28,352 nt of DNA from Promethearchaeota archaeon (lineage in GTDB: Archaea; Asgardarchaeota; Lokiarchaeia; Sigyniarchaeales; SOKP01): assembly GCA_030603385.1 (NCBI GenBank), contig JAUVXW010000045.1, positions 1 to 28,352 on the forward strand, given 5' to 3'. Position numbers and translations under genes: made by a program. Shown one piece after another: positions 17,778-26,275 of this stretch; positions within the stretch are counted from its first letter, which is position 1; each line of letters begins with the position of its first letter. The notes under the pieces were generated by a model. The model was not told the origin of the DNA. It saw only the letters and a program-made list of their open reading frames with translations, and did not search any database.

Positions 17778-17859
17778 ACTGATTAGGTAAAATTAATTCA
17801 ATTCTAAATTTTATTCTTTTTCTTTTTCCTTTAAACAAAAACTTCATCAAATTTAATAT

Positions 17860-18927
17860 TTAACCGAAAGAAATTCCTCCTGATTTCGTTATTAAACTCC
17901 AATCCTCCCAAACATAACTTGTATCGATCATAGTAGGAGAATTGCAACTGTCGCATTTTTCTGTGTCTTTTAAATATTGTTGAAATCGTGGTAAGCTCAT
18001 GGCTTTTTTAACTGAAACTTCTCGTAAATTTGCTATTGGCTTATCTAATCGAAGACAATCCTCAATATCGCCATTAGAATTAACAAACATGAAGACTTTT
18101 CTCGCGTGGCATCGATAAGGTTTCTTCCCTCCAATGAAATGTTTCAAATACATTTCTGAATTTAATATATGAGAACCATTCTTTTTTGATTCTAAAATTC
18201 TTGAAAAAGCATCGCTTATTTCTTGACCTGTTGCTGATAATTCTCCTTTTTCATCTACATCCCCTGTTGAATAATGACGTATCGTATTTATCACATTAAA
18301 TGCTATGGGAACCTCTACTTTATCACCGAGCGCAATCATTTCATCAACACGATGAATGTTATATTTACTAATAGAAAAACTAAATTGCAAAGAGATAAGG
18401 GGATAATCCCTTTTAATTAAGTCAACCGATTCCATTATCTTATCATATATTCCAGGTAAAGCTCTAATTTTATCATGTTCTTCTTGTACAGGGGAATCAA
18501 GAGACATAAGAATAAGATCAAGATCATCCCCAAATTCAGAGATTCGTTTAGGAATAAGAAAACCGTTGGTTACCATTCCTATAAAATCAAAATCAGCTTC
18601 ATGTTTGGCAAATTTTATAATCTCTGTGATGTCACGACGTAGTGTAGGTTCACCCCCCCAAAGAAGGTTTATAAAGAAGCCTGCTTCTCTCGCTTCCAAA
18701 TAAATACGCTTAATTTCTTCTAGTGATAATTCGTTTTTAACTGAATTATCTTTCCAAAGACAAGACTCACAGTCACAATTACATCGTAATGTTGTAAGGA
18801 AATGAAAAATAAATGGTCGACCTCCACTATCTTTTGCTTGTTTTGCTGCTACAGCCAATCTGGCAAATAGTTTATTTTTTTTCCGCGTTATTTCTTTAGC
18901 TGTTATTTTTTGTTCCATAAAGGTCAT
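17860..18927 (-). CDS. Radical SAM protein with C-terminal SPASM/twitch-like domain
   Basis: CNCDCESC (CxxxCxxC), GGEPTLR.D, TNG, SLDS...HD.IR, C-terminal C...G....C...CDSC. Confidence 0.9.
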   Translation of the reverse strand: MTFMEQKITAKEITRKKNKLFARLAVAAKQAKDSGGRPFIFHFLTTLRCNCDCESCLWKDNSVKNELSLEEIKRIYLEAREAGFFINLLWGGEPTLRRDITEIIKFAKHEADFDFIGMVTNGFLIPKRISEFGDDLDLILMSLDSPVQEEHDKIRALPGIYDKIMESVDLIKRDYPLISLQFSFSISKYNIHRVDEMIALGDKVEVPIAFNVINTIRHYSTGDVDEKGELSATGQEISDAFSRILESKKNGSHILNSEMYLKHFIGGKKPYRCHARKVFMFVNSNGDIEDCLRLDKPIANLREVSVKKAMSLPRFQQYLKDTEKCDSCNSPTMIDTSYVWEDWSLITKSGGISFG

Positions 18928-19127
18928 TTATATAGTAATTATATTTATGTGTTATCATTATTAATTGAATATAATGCGTAATTCTGTCTTCTCAGTAAGA
19001 GTATTATCAAATTAAGATAATGGAGCGTTTAATCCCGAAAAGTGTAGAAGAAATAAGGCAAATAATTGCCAAATTATCATAAAAATAATCTACACTTTTT
19101 TTTTATTAAGAAATTATAATTTTCTTT

Positions 19128-20990
19128 TTAGAACATTTTTTCCAGCAATTTTTTTAATTTAGCAGGTGGGAACTTTGGCACTCTGTTAATAGTTAATAAT
19201 CCGTTTACTTCTTGAAATTGGTCATATAGTTCAGTATAGCAAAATCCTTGAATCCAACTTTTTCTTTTTTCAAATTCTTTAAACAACTGTAATATTTTCT
19301 CAAAAAAAACTTCCTGATTCTTCAACCTTTTTCCGTAGCCCCATCCATTTGTTATGATATCATTCACATCATATCCATATCCCCCTATTTCACTATAAAT
19401 AATCGGTTCATTGTTATATCTATATGGATTTAAATACGCTTTACGATTTGGTTGTTCATGATTATTTACTTCATCTTCTAAAGATTTTGGTAATTTATTG
19501 ACATTAGCATAAAAATGTCGTGTACATATATCTGTTGCGTCTGTATGCCACCAACCATCATTATCCACAACTAATCTTGTAGGATCTATTGATTTAATTA
19601 AAAAATATAAAGACCTGATATAGAAAGCTCTTTTAGGACTTTTTTCAGCACCAGGAACACCCCAACCTTCATTCAAGGGTAGCCAAACTATGATTGAAGG
19701 GTGGTTAAAGTCTCGCTCAATTTCTTCAACAAACTCATTCAGAAGATTTAGTTGCGATTTAACACTAAATCTAAAAGCATTCCCTATCTCACCCCAAACT
19801 AAAACCCCCATTTTATCACACCAGTATAGAAATCGAGGATCAAAGGCTTTTTGATGTGTTCTTAACCCATTAAATCCAAAATCTTTAATATATTGTATAT
19901 CTTTTATGATAGCATCATCTGAAGGTGCGGTGTATAGTCCATCGGCCCAATAACCCTGTACCAAAAATAATTTTTGATAAATTGGCCTATTGTTTAATAA
20001 GATTTGTTTAGTATTTGTAGACCCTAAATTTGAAACAGATATTTTTCTCATGCCAAAATAACTTTTTACAGTATCATATTTTTGACCTGTTTTTTTATTA
20101 TAGATCTTGTAATTAATATCATATAAATTGGGCTGGTTTGTATCCCAAAGATACATTGAATCATTTGGAATTGAGACTTTAAATTTAAAACAATTTGGGG
20201 TTTTATGAAAAAGTCTCTTATTAAGCTGAGTGTTATTTTTTTTAATTTCAAATTTGCCTAAAAAATCTAATTCAATTTCCTCTTTAATGATTTTCTGATC
20301 CTTGAAAAATATCTCTAAGAATAAGAAGACATCAGAAAATTCCATACCGTGGATGTTAAATTCTAATATGATCTCGGAATTATCTATATCAGGAATCATT
20401 TTGACACTTTTTAAATGGCATTCTGAAGATACAAATTCCAACCAGACCGTTTGCCAAATACCAGTTACCCTTGGATAGAAAATTCTCTCAATTTCTTTTA
20501 ACCAATATTGCTTACCTCTCGGAATCTCAAGATCTTGACTTGGATCTTCTACTCTTAGAATTAAAACATTTCTTTCTTCAATAAAATTTGTAATGTCTAA
20601 TGAAAATCCAATATAACCTCCTTTATGAGAACCAATTTGTTCACCATTAATATATATAGTACAGCGATAATCAACAGCCCCAAAATGAAGTAATACTTTT
20701 TTGTTTTGAAACTCTTTTGGGAATTTAAATTCCCTTCTATACCATATGACCTCATGAAAAGATGGATCCTCAATTCCACTCAATTTACTTTGGAAGCAGA
20801 AGGGCACTTTAATTTTCCTATCGAAATTTCTGCTTGAATCCCTCTTATACCATCTTTCTTTTAATCCTAGATTGGAATCATCAAACGTAAAATCCCATTC
20901 TCCGTTGAGATTTATCCAATTATTGTCTCTCACAAATTGAGGTCGAGGATATTCGGGTCTTGATATGCTTCCTTGCTCGATACTTTTCAT
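19128..20990 (-). CDS. Glycoside hydrolase family 2 (beta-galactosidase/glucuronidase-like)
   Basis: RPEYPRPQF, LNGEWDF, LLHFGAVDY, PRGKQ, TGIWQTVWLE, GFNGLR.H.K, NHPSII.W...NE (acid/base), SEIGG (nucleophile). Confidence 0.93.
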   Translation of the reverse strand: MKSIEQGSISRPEYPRPQFVRDNNWINLNGEWDFTFDDSNLGLKERWYKRDSSRNFDRKIKVPFCFQSKLSGIEDPSFHEVIWYRREFKFPKEFQNKKVLLHFGAVDYRCTIYINGEQIGSHKGGYIGFSLDITNFIEERNVLILRVEDPSQDLEIPRGKQYWLKEIERIFYPRVTGIWQTVWLEFVSSECHLKSVKMIPDIDNSEIILEFNIHGMEFSDVFLFLEIFFKDQKIIKEEIELDFLGKFEIKKNNTQLNKRLFHKTPNCFKFKVSIPNDSMYLWDTNQPNLYDINYKIYNKKTGQKYDTVKSYFGMRKISVSNLGSTNTKQILLNNRPIYQKLFLVQGYWADGLYTAPSDDAIIKDIQYIKDFGFNGLRTHQKAFDPRFLYWCDKMGVLVWGEIGNAFRFSVKSQLNLLNEFVEEIERDFNHPSIIVWLPLNEGWGVPGAEKSPKRAFYIRSLYFLIKSIDPTRLVVDNDGWWHTDATDICTRHFYANVNKLPKSLEDEVNNHEQPNRKAYLNPYRYNNEPIIYSEIGGYGYDVNDIITNGWGYGKRLKNQEVFFEKILQLFKEFEKRKSWIQGFCYTELYDQFQEVNGLLTINRVPKFPPAKLKKLLEKMF

Positions 20991-21352
20991 GGTAATAAAA
21001 AAGCTAAAACCAATAAAAAGTTAATTATAGAATAAACCTTCTTGATAAATTGAAAAAAATAGTATATTAATTGATTAATTTTTAAATAAAATAATAGTTA
21101 GGCAGTTTCACTCTCTCAATTTTCATAATTTGAAATGAAATTATGATAAAAATATATCATATTATCGATTTTGATAAAGGAAGTATACGAATCATTAATT
21201 GATCTTTACTTCAGTTTTGTGTCTATGATCACTTTTGATCAAATAGTATTTCGTTTTACGATAATGACATTTATGAAATCCGCAACATTTATATATGAGA
21301 ATTTACTTTCATCTATTGGAAAAGAACAGTTTTTTGAATTACATTGGTTATT

Positions 21353-21407
21353 TGTATTCCGAGTGTCTAATAGGTTAAATTTGATACTCGAGATGACGGG
21401 GGATGCA
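21353..21407 (+). ncRNA. Candidate structured RNA (long hairpin) in the 5' leader of 21493..22092
   Basis: CGAGTGTC (21360-67) pairs with GATACTCG (21383-90); TGTATTC (21353-59) pairs with GGATGCA (21401-07); G-U wobbles favour the plus strand. Confidence 0.35.
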
Positions 21408-21492
21408 TAATTAAAATGATATAGGTAGTTCAAAAACTGATCTTTTAATAAAACAAGAAAAAATAAAAAAAACCAAAAAAAAGGGGTAGAAA

Positions 21493-22092
21493 ATGAATAG
21501 TATAATGTTTGAAACTTTAATTGATAATAATTTTTCCGTGTACCTCTTAAGAGATATGCATGAAGATATTACAGACAAAGAAATTGAAGATATCATAGAA
21601 AAATTCAAGGAAATTCCAGTCCATTTTGCTACAATAGATTTAGGGTATATGAGTTTAAGAGAATTCAATGAAACTCATTTAGCAAAAGCTTTTAATGACT
21701 TTAAAATCCCTTGTTTCACAATTGAATTACCACATTACGTTAAAGGGCATTTTTCAAGCCAAATCAGTCAAATTCAAAATAAGTATAATGAATTAAAGGT
21801 ATCTTATGATTTATTGAAGGATAAAAATTCTCCTGGCGCTCAAGAGCTAAGTTATTTGATCGATTATTATTCAAATGAACTGAGAGAATTAGACCACTAT
21901 ATAAATCAACAGGTACGAGTTGAATCGATCGTTAAAAAGATTCTAAGTGTTATAAAAGATCGAGATACTAAAGATTTGACTTTTGTACATGTTGGTGAAG
22001 AGAATACTCTAGTTGAAATAATGAGACATTTAAAAGAGCATGACGTAAAATCAAATATATTATTTATGCAAAAATCAAAATTTTTGCTTTAA
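21493..22092 (+). CDS. Hypothetical protein, possibly a degenerate TraB/Tiki/EreA-ChaN-like fold with a helical hairpin insert
   Basis: VYLLRDMH, FATIDL, FTIELP, R..SI..KI...FVHVGEE loosely follow the TraB-family pattern; GGGGT SD. Confidence 0.55.
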   Translation: MNSIMFETLIDNNFSVYLLRDMHEDITDKEIEDIIEKFKEIPVHFATIDLGYMSLREFNETHLAKAFNDFKIPCFTIELPHYVKGHFSSQISQIQNKYNELKVSYDLLKDKNSPGAQELSYLIDYYSNELRELDHYINQQVRVESIVKKILSVIKDRDTKDLTFVHVGEENTLVEIMRHLKEHDVKSNILFMQKSKFLL

Positions 22093-22134
22093 TTTTAATG
22101 AGAAATATTTTTTAAATAAATTACGGGGTTAAAA

Positions 22135-23700
22135 ATGCCTAAAGAAGAAACAGTAGAAAAGCAATATGATTTAGTGATAATAGGAGCAGGTCCAGGAGGT
22201 TATCATGCTGCCATTAGAGCTGCACAATATGGAGCCAAAGTTGCATTAATAGAAAAAAACAAGTTAGGTGGAACATGCTTAAATAGAGGATGTATTCCTA
22301 CTAAAGCTCTACTTGCCTCTGCTCATTTCATTGAAAAACTTCAAGAAGCAGAAGAATTTGGGGTTGAGGTCAAAGGATATAATGCCGATTTCAGCAAGGT
22401 AGTTGAGAGGAAGAACAAAATAGTAAATGAACTTGGAATGGGCATTGCGAATCTTCAAAAATCTTGGAAGAATGATGTTTATATTGGACATGGTAAGATA
22501 GTTGGAGGGAATGCCGAAGATGGTTTTGAAGTTTTAATTCAAGGAGAAACTAATGAAGAAACCATTCTTGCCAAAAGAGTTATATTAGCTACGGGTTCGA
22601 TTCCTGCTTTAATTCCTAACTTCAATGTTGATCACGAGCGAATCTTAACTAGTGATGATATCTTAAATCCTAATTTTAAGACCATTCCAAAACGATTATT
22701 AATTATTGGCGCAGGGGTAATTGGATGTGAGTTTGCGGATATCTTTACGACTTTTGGGAGCGAAGTAACTTTATTAGAGTATCTTCCTTCCCCAATTGCC
22801 ACAGAAGAGCCAATAATAATAAAGCAATTACAAAAGAAATTTGATTCAAAGGGCATTAAGATAATTACTTCTCAAAATGTATTAACTGTCGAGGATACAG
22901 GCTCTGGTGTAAAAGCTACAACTTGTTCCGCCTCAATTCCAATAGATGAAATCGAAAACGTAGAGACATCAATTTTTGAAGCAGATTTATGCTTAGTTTC
23001 GATTGGGAGAAATAAAGTATCAAAAAACTTAGGATTAGAAGAATTAGGGATTGAAACAAGAAGGGGAGCAATTGAAGTTGATCCTGGTACATTAGAAACC
23101 GCAGTTAATGGAATATATGCAATAGGAGATGTGACTGGAGGACTTATGCTCGCTCATGTAGCAAGTTATGAAGGTGATATTGCTGTAGGAAATGCTCTTT
23201 CTAGTCTTGGAATAACTAAAAATCATTCAAAGAGAGCAAATTATAGAGTTGTACCTTCTACAATTTTTACGAGCCCTAATATAGGTTCAGTAGGACTTAA
23301 AAGAAAACAAGCGAAAGGTTTTGGAATTGATGTATTAGTTGGACAATTTCCATACGAATCTCTCGGTAAAGCAAAATGTATGGGGGAAGAAGGGCTTTTA
23401 ATAATCTTAGCAGACAAGCACACACTTCAAATAGTTGGTGCTTCGTGCATCGGTGAAGGTGCTTCAGAATTAATTGCTGAGATTGCACTTGCGATGCAAA
23501 ATGGATTAACCATTGAAGACATCACAGGTACAATACATAGTCATCCAACTCTCTCAGAAATGGTATTAGAAGCGGCGGAGGCTGTTGTAGGGCGAGCCAT
23601 CCATAAGAAAGGGCGACCAATTACTCCTAGATTAAGAGATCTTCTAATGGAACAAATTTCATTTGGAACTGAATTGAAAAAATCCAAATCTATTTTATAA
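22135..23700 (+). CDS. lpdA: Dihydrolipoamide dehydrogenase (E3)
   Basis: GAGPGGY, GGTCLNRGCIPTK redox disulfide, GAGVIGCE, AIGDV, MLAHVA, HSHPTLSE. Confidence 0.96.
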   Translation: MPKEETVEKQYDLVIIGAGPGGYHAAIRAAQYGAKVALIEKNKLGGTCLNRGCIPTKALLASAHFIEKLQEAEEFGVEVKGYNADFSKVVERKNKIVNELGMGIANLQKSWKNDVYIGHGKIVGGNAEDGFEVLIQGETNEETILAKRVILATGSIPALIPNFNVDHERILTSDDILNPNFKTIPKRLLIIGAGVIGCEFADIFTTFGSEVTLLEYLPSPIATEEPIIIKQLQKKFDSKGIKIITSQNVLTVEDTGSGVKATTCSASIPIDEIENVETSIFEADLCLVSIGRNKVSKNLGLEELGIETRRGAIEVDPGTLETAVNGIYAIGDVTGGLMLAHVASYEGDIAVGNALSSLGITKNHSKRANYRVVPSTIFTSPNIGSVGLKRKQAKGFGIDVLVGQFPYESLGKAKCMGEEGLLIILADKHTLQIVGASCIGEGASELIAEIALAMQNGLTIEDITGTIHSHPTLSEMVLEAAEAVVGRAIHKKGRPITPRLRDLLMEQISFGTELKKSKSIL

Positions 23701-23766
23701 ATAATTAAAATATTTTATTTATCTTTTTTTAAACATTTAAATTAATCATTAACCAATTTCAATATA

Positions 23767-24357
23767 TTACTTTTTTCTTTTTGGAAAAAACATCCCTGTT
23801 CGCCGCCTATAATCATTATATGGCACCCCATATCTTAATATCAAATCATTTTCTTCTGCTTTACAAAACCAATAAAATAACGGGAACCATACAATAGAAT
23901 ATAGAAATAAAAATGGTGAATTCAAGATTAAAGCTATACTCCACCAAATAAATGCTTCTCCTAATGCTTGAGGGTGCCGAATCTTTTCATAAATCCCTTT
24001 ATAAAGAGTATGTTCTTTATCCGGAAAAAGTGCTTCTCTTCCGGCATCTTTAAGTCCTTTTAACATAATATATAAACTAGGAATTAAAATGACAATACTA
24101 AGAACCATAGAGATTGAATAATCCCAAATAAAGAATTGGGGAATTGAAAAAGCGATAGGGAAAAAAAAGTATAATGTATAATTAATAATTCCAATTAATT
24201 CAAAAATACTAGCAGTAATTCTATAATAAGCACATCTTGCATATGCTTTCAAACCTATTTTCTGTTCTAATGCTGCTGGACCTACACTCTTAACGTAAAA
24301 AAATGCCATTAGCGCAGTTGAAATAATTAATATAATGAGATTAATCCAATTTAACAT
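23767..24357 (-). CDS. ICMT/PEMT-family membrane methyltransferase
   Basis: Multiple TM helices; L..GIY..IRHPQ..G; EE..L..RYG..Y..Y...T..FFP. Confidence 0.88.
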   Translation of the reverse strand: MLNWINLIILIISTALMAFFYVKSVGPAALEQKIGLKAYARCAYYRITASIFELIGIINYTLYFFFPIAFSIPQFFIWDYSISMVLSIVILIPSLYIMLKGLKDAGREALFPDKEHTLYKGIYEKIRHPQALGEAFIWWSIALILNSPFLFLYSIVWFPLFYWFCKAEENDLILRYGVPYNDYRRRTGMFFPKRKK

Positions 24358-24401
24358 TATATTAATTTAATTCTACTTAGAATAAAATATTTTATCTACT
24401 T

Positions 24402-25427
24402 TTAACTATAATACAAAATTTTTCCATTTTTTTCAACAGATTTTACTAAATCTTGATTTTCAAGGAAAAAGAGATGACCAAGTACTTCAGAAAGCGCTAA
24501 GAATGAATTCATGTCATCCAAATCTCCAAAATGTATTTGGGAGATTCTTGAGGGTGGTAAAGGATTATCTTTAATTACTCTTGATATTTCTGTTAACCTA
24601 TTCTTGTGGTGCTCTTTGATTTCTGCAATACGCTTATGAGGATCGTATATAATATCTTGATGTGCTGGAAAGATAATTTTAGGATTTAACTTATCAATTC
24701 GATCTAAGGAATTTAGATAATGTTTTAAAATATTGTTAAAGTCATAACCTTCATATTCTTCTGTCAGAATTTTAGGGATAATATAGTTTCCTATATGAGG
24801 AGTTATTCTCGAAAGTATGTGATCTCCTGAGAAAAGATACTTTTTTTTTGAATTAAAAACACAAATATGACCAAAACTATGTCCTGGTGTCCATATAACT
24901 TCTAAATCTTCTAAAATTTTATCACTATCATTTAAAATTATATCTGGCTTTTGATACTTACGAAATTTAGGCCAAAAGCTAAAAAATTGGACTACTCTCT
25001 CAGCCTGCTTTTTGTTAAATCCATACGTTATCATTTGGAATGCAACTTTTTTAGCTTCTTGTTCTAACTCGTCTAAGTTTTCTTCTTCATTTTCCCATTT
25101 GAGAGTTTTAGCAGTGATATTATGCATTAAAATTTTCAGATCTGGATTCATTTGTTTTAAGGTTCCTGCTAATCCAACATGGTCTGAATGATTATGAGAA
25201 ATAAAGCAGTAATCAATATCTTTGACAGTTAGATTAATTTCTTTAAAGGCTAAGAAAAAAAGTTTGCTCCAATTACCCATATCCAATCCTGAATCGAAAA
25301 GGACAATTTTATCTTTAATCTTGAATAGGTAAAGAGAAACATTTTTTACAGCCCATGGAACGTCTATTTTAATTTGATGAACGTCTTCAATTTTATTTAC
25401 TTCAGAGTTAAATTTAACAGAATACAA
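24402..25427 (-). CDS. Metallo-beta-lactamase-fold hydrolase
   Basis: DSG, SHNHSDH, TPGHS.GH, SGDHIL..ITPHI, PAH; C-terminal helical/winged extension. Confidence 0.92.
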   Translation of the reverse strand: MYSVKFNSEVNKIEDVHQIKIDVPWAVKNVSLYLFKIKDKIVLFDSGLDMGNWSKLFFLAFKEINLTVKDIDYCFISHNHSDHVGLAGTLKQMNPDLKILMHNITAKTLKWENEEENLDELEQEAKKVAFQMITYGFNKKQAERVVQFFSFWPKFRKYQKPDIILNDSDKILEDLEVIWTPGHSFGHICVFNSKKKYLFSGDHILSRITPHIGNYIIPKILTEEYEGYDFNNILKHYLNSLDRIDKLNPKIIFPAHQDIIYDPHKRIAEIKEHHKNRLTEISRVIKDNPLPPSRISQIHFGDLDDMNSFLALSEVLGHLFFLENQDLVKSVEKNGKILYYS

Positions 25428-25647
25428 GGTAAAACAGGCTCTTTATATTATTAATAATGAAAATTAATCATAGGATTTTTAATTTTGTATTTTACACACC
25501 TAATCAGGTTAAATTCAATTTCTAAGTGAAAAAAGAAGTTATTTTAAAATTTGAATTTTTTTTGCTAATTTTTATGCAGAAATATTTTAAATATCGAGTT
25601 CTATTATTCTAATTACACTATTTTAAAAAATAATTCTAATTAAAGAG

Positions 25648-25971
25648 ATGCCATTATTTGGAATTCCTCTCAGTGCGTCTTTAATACAAGAAGCAGCGAT
25701 TAAAAAAGATGCTTCTAACGTTGATGAGACAATTTCTAACATTTCAGGATCATATAACGGTTTTTCCATGTTTATAGGATCGCTGGGGGCTGCGATTTCT
25801 TCAATAATCATTGGACTGCTTCTCACGGGCGATAATCAGAGAAATCCAATAATAATTACGTTATTATTTGCTTCACAAGGTATTTTTTACCTAATCGCAG
25901 TATTATTTTTAAGAAAAATAAAATTCGAAAAACCAATAATACCTGATGAAACCATTCTTTTAGAAAGCTAA
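25648..25971 (+). pseudogene. C-terminal fragment of an MFS (MelB/GPH-like) transporter
   Basis: Only the last 2-3 TM segments (SGSYNGFSMFIGSLGAAISSIIIG...GIFYLIAVLFL); upstream is stop-rich AT sequence. Confidence 0.6.
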
Positions 25972-26275
25972 TAATTTCTTCACCTTTGTGCGCTTTAAAT
26001 TTATCGATAAGTTCAAATTCGGTAATAAAATCGTTATTAACCTATTTTTTTCTTATTTTTTATTCTTCTCCTTATTTATTTAATCAAGAACACAGATTTT
26101 ATTCGAGATTTATATAATTAATATTAGTGAAATTTATCAAAATTTTGGTAGATAAGTTTAAATATAATTAGTCGACTATTTATGTGGTTTAGCACGGATG
26201 TTGATTTTGATCGAAATTTAGAGAATTTTTAGTTTTTAAATAGTTTATAAACATAAAATTGAGTTGTGAGCAGAA

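Noticed and set aside
21359-21400. SECIS element or C/D-box K-turn
   Set aside because: Geometry does not fit either, and no in-frame UGA selenoprotein candidate is adjacent.
21171-21668. ORFs 21171..21410, 21239..21433, 21411..21668
   Set aside because: They run across promoter/leader DNA or antisense to 21493..22092.
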